A stretch of 64,000 nucleotides of DNA from Promethearchaeota archaeon. GTDB taxonomy: Archaea > Asgardarchaeota > Hermodarchaeia > Hermodarchaeales > Hermodarchaeaceae. Of the stretch, positions 49,488-59,597 are shown one piece after another. Numbering within the stretch: position 1 is the stretch's first letter; each line of letters starts with the position of its first letter. The position numbers and the translations under genes were made by a program. The stretch is from NCBI GenBank assembly GCA_048939625.1, contig JBHLPH010000008.1:1-64000 (forward strand), read 5' to 3'. The notes under the pieces are model-generated. The model made no database searches. It worked only from the letters and a program-made list of their open reading frames with translations, and had not been told where the DNA came from.

Positions 49488-51161
49488 CTATTCTTCGTCT
49501 TCAAAGAGCTCTTTACTTGACTTGCGTGCTCGTTGCATACTCATGGCAGCATCTTCATCTGCAATGGGTGCCGCTTGGGCGACACCAACGACAGAGCGTT
49601 TACTCATCTCTTCTTTTTGCCGTTCAGCGACTTTTTCAGCTTCCTTGATTTCATCATCGAGGACCTTATCAGCCCTCTTGATGGCTTTCGCAAGTCCTGA
49701 AGGAGCTTGATTCTGAACCGCTCGATAGGCGTTTTGTGTCTCTTCAAGGATTTTCTTACTCTTCGCAACTTCGCCGCGATACTGTTCTTCACCTGCTCGT
49801 TGCACAGCGAAAGTCGCAGGAAGTTCCGCGTCAAGTGTATCAATGATGGACTTTTCATCATCGGTGACCGTAACGCGTTTAGTTATCACGCGCATGCGTT
49901 GGTTGCCTTCCTCATCCATGTAAGAGACTTGAACTTGAATAGGCACCTCTTTTTCTTTCATCTTGGCTGACGGGCTGAGTCGTACATAGACTTCGCGGTC
50001 TTCGGTTACAGAACCGATACGAATCCCTGTACGGAGCGCATCTGCTTTGGCTCCACCTAACCCGCTGACTTCAGTGAGTTCCACATCTCCAGGAGCGATG
50101 ACGCGCATTTTAACGCCCCGTGCAACGATTTTTCCACTGGATGAAGAGCTCATGGCGTCAGCGAGTTCATCAGCTTGGGCATAATACATAGTACCGCCGG
50201 TTTGCATAGGCATTACAGCTAAGGCTTCCAAGGCCATGAAGGCAGAAGGATCTTTGATACCAACCACATCTATAATGATGCTAGCGTTAGTGGCTTTGAT
50301 GGCTAAATCTTCGTAGAGCTGAGCCCCTGTTGTCGACGAGCCTTCAAGAGCCCCCACTCCTTCGTTAGCGAGACCATCTGTAAGGAGAATGATACGTCCA
50401 CCTCGATCTTTCATGATAACGTAGCCTGCGACCATCGCAGGACCCAAGGCGGTCATATCAATATCCCGAAGTTTCTGGATGTTGGAAACCCACTTTTTCT
50501 TAGTCTTCTTCAAGGGTTTCATTTCAACATTCTTCAGCTTTTTTTCCACAGCTTTGGTGATTTCTTTAACGCTATAGCGCATGTCCCCTTCGAGTGTGAA
50601 AATTTTCTTCATATTTTCGTCATAACAGTAAACATCGCTATGGAAGGCGAGGAGCCCAAATGCTGTTTCGGGAGCATTAACGCTTAGGTCTGTTACCGTG
50701 CGAATCAATGACTCTTTCACTGCAGCAAGTTTTCCTCCACTCATGGAACCTGAAATATCAATCACCGCGAGCAAAGTGTCTTCAGTTATGGGTTTCGCAT
50801 GAGCAAGCTGCCCGAGTACAAATTCCGAGAGATCAGTACCAGGCATTAATTCTTCTGGGATGACATTCACAGTACCACAAAACTCGCACTGGAATGTCTT
50901 ACCTTTTGTCGGAGACACTTTGATGATATCAGGATTTGTTAAAGCTCCACCACAGTTGCTACACATAATGGGGCGTGTGCCAATTTCTTTGATCTTCTCT
51001 TTCATATCAGCAAAAGAGACTCGTCCAACCCAGGGCATATCCTTGAGGACCTTTCGGTCTTTAGGAAAATATTCTGAACTAGTTTTGAACATAATGCTCG
51101 AATCCCCGTAAGATTTCTGGTCTACGCTGATAGAAAAGCAAGTACAAAAGTTTGTTGCCAT
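49488..51161 (-). CDS. Sec23/Sec24-like protein (Zn finger + vWA trunk + beta-sandwich + helical tail)
   Basis: CSNCGGAL...FQCEFCGTVN Zn finger; VIDISGSM, TALGPA, GGRIILLTDGLANEGVGAL, TGG; IQVQVSY...RMRVIT. Confidence 0.8.
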   Translation of the reverse strand: MATNFCTCFSISVDQKSYGDSSIMFKTSSEYFPKDRKVLKDMPWVGRVSFADMKEKIKEIGTRPIMCSNCGGALTNPDIIKVSPTKGKTFQCEFCGTVNVIPEELMPGTDLSEFVLGQLAHAKPITEDTLLAVIDISGSMSGGKLAAVKESLIRTVTDLSVNAPETAFGLLAFHSDVYCYDENMKKIFTLEGDMRYSVKEITKAVEKKLKNVEMKPLKKTKKKWVSNIQKLRDIDMTALGPAMVAGYVIMKDRGGRIILLTDGLANEGVGALEGSSTTGAQLYEDLAIKATNASIIIDVVGIKDPSAFMALEALAVMPMQTGGTMYYAQADELADAMSSSSSGKIVARGVKMRVIAPGDVELTEVSGLGGAKADALRTGIRIGSVTEDREVYVRLSPSAKMKEKEVPIQVQVSYMDEEGNQRMRVITKRVTVTDDEKSIIDTLDAELPATFAVQRAGEEQYRGEVAKSKKILEETQNAYRAVQNQAPSGLAKAIKRADKVLDDEIKEAEKVAERQKEEMSKRSVVGVAQAAPIADEDAAMSMQRARKSSKELFEDEE

Positions 51162-51173
51162 GACACAATCAGA

Positions 51174-52256
51174 TTAGCTGATAACGCCTGTGATTCGAGC
51201 AAGGCGTTCTGCTGCCTTTTCTGTGAGTCCACGTTCGCCTAAAATGGTATAGCGTTTGGGATTAATGGTATGGGCTATCTTGAGGGCTTCGATGATTTGT
51301 TTGGGGGCAATCTTGAGCTCTTTGGCTGTTGTGGGTGCCCCGATGGTGGCTAATGCATCTCGGATTTCTTCCCAATCGATGGCATGAAGATATCCCATCA
51401 TAATTGTACCTACACCACATTGTTCACCGTGAAGTGCTGGTGTAGGAGCGACTCGGTCAAGGGCATGACTGAACTTGTGTTCTGCACCACTTGCAGGTCG
51501 GCTTGATCCCGCGATTCCCATGGCAATGCCACTGGCTATCAAGGCTTCAATTACGAGACGAATACTGTGTTCGTCATTAGGTTGGATGCTGGCCGCATTT
51601 TCCATGATGATAGTGGCACCCATCAAAGAAAGTGATGCAGAATATTCTCCGTAGTACTCGTATCCTAGGGTATGGGCAAGTTTCCAGTCCCGCACAGCGG
51701 TGATTTTGGAGATTAGATCTCCGCATCCAGCAGCTGTGAATCGATAGGGTGCTTTTGAGATGATGTGTGTGTCAGCTACAATTGCTATTGGGGATTGTCC
51801 TTCAACAGATATGGAGGTCCCATCTTTTTTGATTGAGGCTCGTGGGCTTGAAATACCATCATGGGCGGCTGAGGTTGGTACGCTAATGAAAGGCTGGTTT
51901 TCATAAGTCGAACACAATTTGGCTGTATCTATGACGGATCCTCCACCAACAGCGACGACCACGCCTGCACTATGTTTGCGTATTCCTTCACAGGATTTCT
52001 CGACTTCTGGTTCTGTAGCTTTTTTGATAATTATGGTCTCTACTGAAAATTGTGCCTTTTCGAGTGAAGCGATGGCATCCTCACCTGCGATTTTCATGAC
52101 GCCTTTATCAGAGATAAGAATTGCACGCCGAGTTGATACTACTCGTTTTGCTACATCGCCCAGCTGATGAATTACTCCTGACCCAATCAACACTTCTCCG
52201 GGTAGCTGCATTCGATGGGCACTTTCTTTTTCAGACATTGTGGGTCCTCCTTTCAC
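51174..52256 (-). CDS. egsA: sn-glycerol-1-phosphate dehydrogenase
   Basis: GGGSVID, PTSAAHDGISS, SSRPASGAEH..SHALD, LHGEQCG, RYTIL. Confidence 0.95.
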   Translation of the reverse strand: MKGGPTMSEKESAHRMQLPGEVLIGSGVIHQLGDVAKRVVSTRRAILISDKGVMKIAGEDAIASLEKAQFSVETIIIKKATEPEVEKSCEGIRKHSAGVVVAVGGGSVIDTAKLCSTYENQPFISVPTSAAHDGISSPRASIKKDGTSISVEGQSPIAIVADTHIISKAPYRFTAAGCGDLISKITAVRDWKLAHTLGYEYYGEYSASLSLMGATIIMENAASIQPNDEHSIRLVIEALIASGIAMGIAGSSRPASGAEHKFSHALDRVAPTPALHGEQCGVGTIMMGYLHAIDWEEIRDALATIGAPTTAKELKIAPKQIIEALKIAHTINPKRYTILGERGLTEKAAERLARITGVIS

Positions 52257-52352
52257 TCTGCGAACAGAATAGCTATCCGATTAATCCTATTAAACAGTTC
52301 TACTACCTTGAATTACATCATCGATAACCAAGTAACTGCTCGGAAATTCGGA

Positions 52353-52721
52353 TTATGCTTGTGTAGCAAAATTGAGTTTAAGATCCGCTAAACGATCTGA
52401 GAGCGCCTTTTTTGTATCCAGGTCTATCTTGTCACCAAGCTGCGACAAAAGTGCTTCATAGGAATCGATAGCCACTCGTGCTTGAACCAGATCCTTTTCG
52501 ATTTCCTGCGTCATCGGGTTAACAATTAATCCCATTTTCTGCCAGGCTACAGAATCAAGGATACGAATAAAGAATGGTAGAATATTCCAAATTGGCAGAG
52601 CACTAATATCTACTACCTGGGGACCTGCCTCTTCTGTAGCCGCTTCAGAATTAACAGGCTCCGCTGCGGCTTTTTTCTTTTTAGTTGCAGGCTTCTTCTT
52701 TCCTTTTGCCATTGATTTCAC
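52353..52721 (-). CDS. DUF1844-like small protein
   Basis: AWQKMGLIVNP...KDLVQARVAID...L.DLKLNF. Confidence 0.75.
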   Translation of the reverse strand: MKSMAKGKKKPATKKKKAAAEPVNSEAATEEAGPQVVDISALPIWNILPFFIRILDSVAWQKMGLIVNPMTQEIEKDLVQARVAIDSYEALLSQLGDKIDLDTKKALSDRLADLKLNFATQA

Positions 52722-52777
52722 CTTAATAACTGATAATTGGGGTCAGGGAATTTGAATAAGAAAAATGTTGTGAGGGT

Positions 52778-53947
52778 TCATTCGTTCCTACTGACATTGA
52801 CCATACGCCACGTTCGGTAATCGACTAAAACACGGATGTACCCACTTAGCATTTTATCAACCTCTGGATCACCAGTGTCAACATGTAATCCCCCTTCGGC
52901 TAGACTGTTAATTTTGCTATGCGTAGCGATTACCAAGATTTGTTCAGGAGGAATGCGTCGAATAATATTTGGACTAATCTGCTGGTTGCCACGACCAAAT
53001 AGCATGCCTTGGTTACCAATCGGTGATACAACGATCCAGGCATGTAGAAAATCTGGAACGAGTTCAATGAGTTGCTGTTCATTAACATCTAAGTGTATCT
53101 TACCATCGATGTAAACATCAACGCCCAATAAGGTCTTTTTTACACCTAAGACTGTAGCAAATGTTTGAACTGTGGAACCTGGTCCCAGAATATATGTGTC
53201 GACTTCAATCATGTCTTCAATCAAAGTCTTTGCTACTGCTTCCTGATTGTCCTTCTCATCAACAGTGGTCGGGGACGTCATCTTCGAACCTTGCATTCGT
53301 GCCGGAACTAATGGACCTTGAAGAAACCCATATAGTTTCACTGCAAACTCGTCACCTCGAATAGCTTCTTCATCTGCATCCATAATTTCGAACGCTTCTT
53401 CTTGTGTGTCACCCTGCAACCAATCTATGACAACGCGGGCTGCCGCTTCAGGGGAGTAGGCAAATATTCCACTATACATTTTCACTCCCGCTGGAACACC
53501 TAAAACCAACATTTCGTGCTCTTCGTCGAACGCATCAAGAATATCCCTAGCTGTTCCATCTCCTCCCACAAAGACAAGAAGTTCAACCTCCCTTTCACGA
53601 AACAACTGTACTGCTTTCTTCGTGTCTGCTTTGCTGGTTTCTTCCTCTAAGTCCATCGGCAGAACTTCAGGCGTGATCCCTGATTCAATGAGTATCCGGG
53701 CTCCCATCGGTTCAGGGCACGTAACCCACTCCACTGCATCCTGTTTAGTATAGAATCGTAAAAAGGCAATCAAGAACTGGCGTGCCCGATCAGGAGAAAC
53801 CGGTTGAGCACCAAGCTGCTGTGCTTTAGTTACGATACCATCGGTTCCTTTTAACCCCACTCGACCACCCATACCTGCAATTGGATTGATTATAAAGCCA
53901 ATGCGTCGCGTGTTTTCAGACGGTGGTTCCACTGATATTCCTTCCAC
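52778..53947 (-). CDS. ATP-NAD kinase family protein
   Basis: NPIAGMGGRVGLKGTDG, GGDGTARD, GVKMYSG, GRGNQQIS. Confidence 0.9.
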   Translation of the reverse strand: MEGISVEPPSENTRRIGFIINPIAGMGGRVGLKGTDGIVTKAQQLGAQPVSPDRARQFLIAFLRFYTKQDAVEWVTCPEPMGARILIESGITPEVLPMDLEEETSKADTKKAVQLFREREVELLVFVGGDGTARDILDAFDEEHEMLVLGVPAGVKMYSGIFAYSPEAAARVVIDWLQGDTQEEAFEIMDADEEAIRGDEFAVKLYGFLQGPLVPARMQGSKMTSPTTVDEKDNQEAVAKTLIEDMIEVDTYILGPGSTVQTFATVLGVKKTLLGVDVYIDGKIHLDVNEQQLIELVPDFLHAWIVVSPIGNQGMLFGRGNQQISPNIIRRIPPEQILVIATHSKINSLAEGGLHVDTGDPEVDKMLSGYIRVLVDYRTWRMVNVSRNE

Positions 53948-54033
53948 TCTCCAGCTCTCATAAGGGAAAATAACCTTTACCCTTCATTGGGTTGATTGGT
54001 ACCTCGATTTCTAGCTTCAGACATCATTGAGTT

Positions 54034-54942
54034 TCAGTACGGTTTGAGACTAGCTGCAAGTCGCCAGAAAAAGATGGCATTCAAAATAACACCTATTTCT
54101 ATGATTATTGAAGGAAGAATGGAATACCCTCCATACATCAAAAACATCACTGAATATGGATAAAATACCAATTGTTGCAAGAAAATGGGGATTATCAATA
54201 GCGTCATGTGGGCGAGGATAATATAAACGATTGCTGTTCCGAGTGTGAGTTTCGGAGACCGACTATGTTTTCGGACGTATAGGAGGGCGAATGCCCATAC
54301 AATCATCAGTATTCCAAAAAATACAGAGCTAACAATCACTAAGTAATTGAAAATTAGGGAAAGTGGTCCAAGTCCCAAATACCCATATGGAGGCGTCTCG
54401 ACGATTACTTGTCCAGAATAAATGAGGGATTCAGCAATAATTCCCCACCAGGGGGTAAGAATGGTGAAGAGCGAGATGTAAAGGGCCCATCGGAAGTTAA
54501 AATACGGTCTCATTTCGTTCCAAGCAAACGCACTCAAAGCGATTCCTACAGCAACCAATACTGCTCCAACACTTCTTGGAATAAACATAGCTAGATTAAG
54601 TGGACTATATAGGTTGAAGTTAAGCGAACACACCCATTGTGCATGAATAAAAACAGCAACAAGAACCATCCCAAGTAAGCCAATTAGAAAATTGCGACGA
54701 CTCGATGTTGTGACTGGACCCAGCGGTGTGGGGAGCCGATCTTCTAGGGTGGCTTCAATTTGCGTAGGTGGTCGATATCGCCCGGCATCCAGGCAAGGCT
54801 GACAGTACGCAATTCCAGTTATTGTAATTCGACAGTTTGCACATAATGCATTGCCACAAGAGCGACACACCGCAATCGCTTCTTGGTCTTGATGAACCGC
54901 ACACTTCACCCTAACTCCACTCCAGCCAAAGAATTGTAACAA
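54034..54942 (-). CDS. Membrane protein with N-terminal B-box-like Zn finger
   Basis: CAVHQDQEAIAVCRSCGNALCANC...YCQPC followed by ~6 TMs. Confidence 0.7.
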   Translation of the reverse strand: MLQFFGWSGVRVKCAVHQDQEAIAVCRSCGNALCANCRITITGIAYCQPCLDAGRYRPPTQIEATLEDRLPTPLGPVTTSSRRNFLIGLLGMVLVAVFIHAQWVCSLNFNLYSPLNLAMFIPRSVGAVLVAVGIALSAFAWNEMRPYFNFRWALYISLFTILTPWWGIIAESLIYSGQVIVETPPYGYLGLGPLSLIFNYLVIVSSVFFGILMIVWAFALLYVRKHSRSPKLTLGTAIVYIILAHMTLLIIPIFLQQLVFYPYSVMFLMYGGYSILPSIIIEIGVILNAIFFWRLAASLKPY

Positions 54943-55079
54943 ACGAGATAAAACTATTTGGTTTGCGGAAACCCAAAAGATGTATTACGTTTCTGTGAGA
55001 ACAAATCCTTAACCCCGTTAAGAAAAGCGTAGCATTTTTGAACCCCACACCCGCACTCGCCCAACAGAGGTTATCATCT

Positions 55080-55733
55080 ATGGAATCTACTGGTATACCC
55101 CTAATTGGAGATAAAGCTCCAAGCTTTGAAGTACAAACCACCCTCGGTAAAATTAAATTCCCCGACGACTACAAAGGTAAATGGATCGTCCTCTTCAGCC
55201 ACCCTGCCGATTTCACACCGGTCTGCACAACTGAGTTTTATGCATTTACAAAACGATTCAAGGAATTTGAACAACTAAACACACAACTCGTTGGACTCAG
55301 CGTCGACAGCGTCTACTCCCACATCAAATGGGTTGAATGGATTAAAGAAAATCTCGGCAACGAAGTTCAATTCCCTGTCATCGCAGATGATACCGGAAAA
55401 ATCGCACGACTCATGGGCATGATCCACCCCAAGAAAAGCCAAGCAACCGTCCGCGCAGTGTTCTTCATCGATCCACGAGGTTTTATTCGCGCCATCATCT
55501 ACTATCCTCCTGAATTAGGTCGAAACTTTGATGAAATCGTTCGAGTAATCAAAGCCTTCCAAGTCGCTGACGAAAAGAAAGTCGCCATGCCAGCCAACTG
55601 GCCCGAAAACGAACTCATCAAAGACCGCGTCATCGTACCTCCCGCCTCAGATGTCAAAGCCGCAGAACAACGCCTAGCCGATAAAGAACTACAATGCTAC
55701 GACTGGTGGTTCTGCCATAAAGATAAAAACTAA
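55080..55733 (+). CDS. Peroxiredoxin (archaeal Prx6-type)
   Basis: [29 protein letters not shown]; ATG at 55080 after GAGG SD. Confidence 0.95.
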   Translation: MESTGIPLIGDKAPSFEVQTTLGKIKFPDDYKGKWIVLFSHPADFTPVCTTEFYAFTKRFKEFEQLNTQLVGLSVDSVYSHIKWVEWIKENLGNEVQFPVIADDTGKIARLMGMIHPKKSQATVRAVFFIDPRGFIRAIIYYPPELGRNFDEIVRVIKAFQVADEKKVAMPANWPENELIKDRVIVPPASDVKAAEQRLADKELQCYDWWFCHKDKN

Positions 55734-55785
55734 GCAAAGCGTACTACACATAATTCCCCAAAAGTGGATGTCCCTTCAAATAAAA

Positions 55786-55830
55786 AGAGCTCCTAAACCT
55801 CTTAGGGGCTCTAAATTCTATTTTTTATTA
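55786..55830 (+). terminator. Hairpin plus T-tract
   Basis: AGAGCTCCTAA-ACCTC-TTAGGGGCTCT followed by TTCTATTTTTT. Confidence 0.6.
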
Positions 55831-55855
55831 GACCCGTTTCTTGCAATCGGTTTGG

Positions 55856-56377
55856 TCATTCATTTTCCTTTTTATCTTCCTCATGTATGGCAACAATAGC
55901 AGAATAGGATCGGATGCCTCCAATTTTTTTTGCCTCCCCTTTTAGAGTTATTCGTTGCCATTGACGATACACATCCGGAAGTAGTAGTAAAATCGCCATG
56001 GTACACAGTCCAATGAGCAATAGCCCGTTGTATAAGAGCGTAAGACTAGGTCCGAAGAATATGGAATGTCCTGTGAAGATAGGCCAACCAAAAACGAATG
56101 GAATAAAGTAAAGACCAAATCCGACCATAAGAAATACGCCTGCAGCAAGAGCTAGTTTGGCAGCAGCAAAATCGGTGCCAGTCATGACTCCAGGAAAAAT
56201 TACCAGATAGGCTCCATATAATGATAAACCTAATCCCACGAGTGCAGCAATATAATAAATGGCTGGTAAAATAAGCACCACTGTGCTCCCAACAAGACCG
56301 AGACCGACCCCTCCGAGGAATATGAATTGCCCTTTGTAGAAGCTCCGAACATTTTGGGCTATAATAACCGTCTCCAA
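55856..56377 (-). CDS. Hypothetical membrane protein (4 TM)
   Basis: Hydrophobic segments; co-oriented with the cupin gene. Confidence 0.55.
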   Translation of the reverse strand: METVIIAQNVRSFYKGQFIFLGGVGLGLVGSTVVLILPAIYYIAALVGLGLSLYGAYLVIFPGVMTGTDFAAAKLALAAGVFLMVGFGLYFIPFVFGWPIFTGHSIFFGPSLTLLYNGLLLIGLCTMAILLLLPDVYRQWQRITLKGEAKKIGGIRSYSAIVAIHEEDKKENE

Positions 56378-56426
56378 TCATATTGCTCAATACTAAAGTA
56401 AAAAGACTTGGATTTCGAAGCAATGC

Positions 56427-56846
56427 TCATTCTACAAGTTCTTCGTCTTCGGGGCGCCAATATGGATCAACGATGCAAAGGAAGACGATATCCTTCTGAC
56501 CAGTATTTGTGAGATATTGCGTGGTATTCGGGGGAATATACACGAGAGACCCAGGCCCAACCTCGTGCTCATCTTCTTCAATGACCATTACCCCCTTACC
56601 ATCAATAAAATAATAGACTTCGGAACCCTTCGTAAGTCTATGTGGGAAGGACGATTTACCTGGATGTAGTTTCGCATGAGCGATGCTATACCCAAGCTTA
56701 ATTTCAGGGCCATCCCGCAACGGATTGATTAATTCCCGGAGAATAGTACCATCAAGCGCTGTTATGACCTTGCAATCGTTTAGATTCCGAATCCACATAC
56801 AAAATCCACCAACTATTATTAGCGTTGGGTTTCTTTCCTCTTTCAA
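56427..56846 (-). CDS. Cupin domain protein (start likely ATG at 56798)
   Basis: SIAHA...PHRL...EVYYFIDGKG...VYIPP. Confidence 0.85.
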   Translation of the reverse strand: MKEERNPTLIIVGGFCMWIRNLNDCKVITALDGTILRELINPLRDGPEIKLGYSIAHAKLHPGKSSFPHRLTKGSEVYYFIDGKGVMVIEEDEHEVGPGSLVYIPPNTTQYLTNTGQKDIVFLCIVDPYWRPEDEELVE

Positions 56847-56910
56847 ATACTGTGCCGGAACTGAATTAATAAGCCAGTAGGTAGTTCAGATTCGCGAGTG
56901 ATATCATTCT

Positions 56911-57573
56911 ATGCGTCGAAAAGAAGACTGGACCCGAGAAGAACTACAACGAGATTATATCGAAACCATGACGGCAGTAACCCTCCCTGTCCAAGTCGAA
57001 ATCGATGGAACGACACGGATTTTTAATTTCACTCAGGCTGAAGCGATTCTGAAAAAAGCTCAGCTGATTTCGTTAGCCAATTGTGATTGTCGAGAAAAGG
57101 TCCAAGCCTGTGATAATCCCCTCGACGTGTGTATTAGCCTTGATAAAGAAGCTGAAATAATGATTTCTAAAGGCCGTGGACGCCTGGTGTCCCTCAAAGA
57201 AGCGATGGAAGCCCTCCGATTATCACATGCTGCAGGATTGGTCCATATCTCTTACACAGACAAAGGAGAAAGGGAACCAAACATTATTTGCAGCTGTTGT
57301 ACCTGCTGTTGCCATTCGCTCGCTGGTCTTATGCGCTTTAACCTTCCTGAAGCAGTCGTACAATCAGACTATATTACACAGCAGGATGAGGAAGTTTGCA
57401 TCCATTGTGGAGTGTGTGTAAATCGGTGTCATTTCCTAGCACGCAACATGAAAAATGGGAATCTCAATTATGATCCAGCGAAATGTTTTGGTTGTGGGGT
57501 CTGTATCAGCACATGTCCCGTTGAAGCAATCTCAATGGTCACACGGTCTGAGTTGAAATCACAGAAAGATTAA
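56911..57573 (+). CDS. 4Fe-4S dicluster domain protein
   Basis: CDCR, ICSCCTCCC, CIHCGVCVNRC, CFGCGVCISTCP. Confidence 0.88.
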   Translation: MRRKEDWTREELQRDYIETMTAVTLPVQVEIDGTTRIFNFTQAEAILKKAQLISLANCDCREKVQACDNPLDVCISLDKEAEIMISKGRGRLVSLKEAMEALRLSHAAGLVHISYTDKGEREPNIICSCCTCCCHSLAGLMRFNLPEAVVQSDYITQQDEEVCIHCGVCVNRCHFLARNMKNGNLNYDPAKCFGCGVCISTCPVEAISMVTRSELKSQKD

Positions 57574-57618
57574 AGCCCATTTATGCGAGGCGGGGTTTAG
57601 AATATTGGGGTAAGAAAC

Positions 57619-58167
57619 GTGGGACATGCTGAAGCTGAAACGGTTCTTCGGGAAATCGAAGCCTCGAATAACCATTACATCATTGGCCCCAGACGAGGAC
57701 ATATTCTCGTTCGAATAGCTAGTGAGTTTCATCCTCAGCGAATTCTCGAAATTGGGACAAACGTTGGCTATTCCACAATTCTCATGGGAAAGGAACTTCC
57801 CAAACGGGCAAAAATCACCACGATTGAAATTAATCCTGATTTTGCTGAACAAGCCAAAAAGAACATTGATCGAGCCAACCTTGAACCAACAATCGAAGTC
57901 TTGGTCGGTGATGCCCTCGAGATAATTCCCACATTAAATCAAGAATTCGACTTTGTTTTCATTGATGCTCTTAAGACTCAATACTATGATTACTTAATGG
58001 CACTCGAACCTCTTCTTTTCCGAGGCAGCATGATCATTGCTGACAATGTGGCAAAAAGTAGTACTAGAATGGAAAAGTACCTTGCACATGTTCGTGAGTC
58101 AGGGCATTACACAAGTCGATTAATCCTAGTAGAAGATGATGGTGTAGAACTAAGCATTCGTCGATGA
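57619..58167 (+). CDS. O-methyltransferase (COMT/YrrM-like)
   Basis: ILEIGTNVGYST, FDFVFIDA.K, ADN. Confidence 0.9.
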   Translation: MGHAEAETVLREIEASNNHYIIGPRRGHILVRIASEFHPQRILEIGTNVGYSTILMGKELPKRAKITTIEINPDFAEQAKKNIDRANLEPTIEVLVGDALEIIPTLNQEFDFVFIDALKTQYYDYLMALEPLLFRGSMIIADNVAKSSTRMEKYLAHVRESGHYTSRLILVEDDGVELSIRR

Positions 58168-58260
58168 GCCATCTTCTGCCAATAGATTCTCATTTTTATG
58201 TAACACAAAAAGACAAATAGTACTCTTCATCAAAACATCATCTGACTACATTCAGAGCTG

Positions 58261-59334
58261 TTGACCATGGAAGCGTTTCTTAAGAAAAAAGCTGGACCCG
58301 GCGTCGAAAGAGGAACTGTTGATCAACCTAGTATTGGTGAGACTGATGTTTTAGTCGAGGTAAAAGGAGCTGCTATTTGCGGTACTGATGTCCATATCTA
58401 TGAATGGGACGAATGGGCGGCTAATCGCATCAAACCCCCTTTAATTGTTGGTCACGAAATGTCTGGTAAAGTAATCAAAATCGGCAAAAAGGTAGACCAT
58501 ATTGCCGTCGGAGATATAGTGTCAGCTGAAACTCATATCGTGGACCAAACCTGTCTCCAGTGCCTTACGGGTCGTGAGCACGTCTGTCAAAACATGACGA
58601 TTCTTGGCGTTGACCGAGATGGTGTCTTTGCAGAATATGTATCGATTCCTGCTCATAATGCCTGGAAAAATGACTCCGATTTAGACCCCGTGGTTGGGGC
58701 TATTCAAGAACCCCTTGGAAACGCTGTACATACTCTACTCCCCATACACAATATGGAAGACATCGCTGGACGTAATGTTGCCGTGATTGGGATGGGTCCA
58801 ATAGGTCTCATGGCTGTTGCTGTCGCAAAAGAGCTTGGTGCTGACAAAGTCTTCGCCACAGCTGGAGGTCGTAATAAAACACGTATGGAACTGGCCAAAG
58901 CCATGGGTGCTGATGAAGTCTTCAGTGCTCGAGAAGATGGACGTGAAGCAATTGTCAAAGCAATACATGATGCCACGGATGGAAACGGAGTCGATGTTGC
59001 TGTTGAAATGAGCGGACACCCTGATGGTTTAGTCACAGCCTTTGAAACCCTCACCGCAGGCGGTCGAGTTAGCCTTCTCGGAGTTTTTCCCAAACCCTTT
59101 GAAATTGATCTCAATCGCCTAATGATATTCAAAGCAGCTACAATCTTTGGTATAAGCGGACGACTCATGTATCGCACATGGTTCCAGGTTCGAGGATTAC
59201 TACGACGTCCCCAACTACGTCAAAAAGTCAGCAAAGTCGTAACCCACCGTGTTGCGATGAAAGACCTTGAACAAGGGTACGAACTCATTCTAAGCAAGCA
59301 GGCAGCCAAAGTAGGCTTAACACCAAAATGGTAA
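58261..59334 (+). CDS. tdh: L-threonine 3-dehydrogenase
   Basis: ICGTDVHIYEWDEWA, GHE, SAETH, QEPLGNAVH, GISGR; kbl nearby. Confidence 0.9.
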   Translation: MTMEAFLKKKAGPGVERGTVDQPSIGETDVLVEVKGAAICGTDVHIYEWDEWAANRIKPPLIVGHEMSGKVIKIGKKVDHIAVGDIVSAETHIVDQTCLQCLTGREHVCQNMTILGVDRDGVFAEYVSIPAHNAWKNDSDLDPVVGAIQEPLGNAVHTLLPIHNMEDIAGRNVAVIGMGPIGLMAVAVAKELGADKVFATAGGRNKTRMELAKAMGADEVFSAREDGREAIVKAIHDATDGNGVDVAVEMSGHPDGLVTAFETLTAGGRVSLLGVFPKPFEIDLNRLMIFKAATIFGISGRLMYRTWFQVRGLLRRPQLRQKVSKVVTHRVAMKDLEQGYELILSKQAAKVGLTPKW

Positions 59335-59597
59335 CCACGGTTACTCGTTCTCCTCTTTGATTTGTCCGTCACACCACCGTCAGCAATTCTCATCAACCCC
59401 CTTTCTTATACTCTTCCGCCATTCTGAACAAACGAGTATTGTCTCTATTTGCCAAAAAATAACCCATAATAAGATTTGGACAAGGCTACCTACGATAAAA
59501 CACATTACCGCAAATATTGGGAGAATGAAAGAAAAACCTATCAGCAAGAATTTACATGAAAACCAAATTAGAAAACCGATTGAGGACCCTACCTACG

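Noticed and set aside
9463-57573. Selenocysteine recoding in the redox proteins (FDR, redoxin, Prx, ferredoxin)
   Set aside because: All catalytic positions are Cys codons and the ORFs look full length
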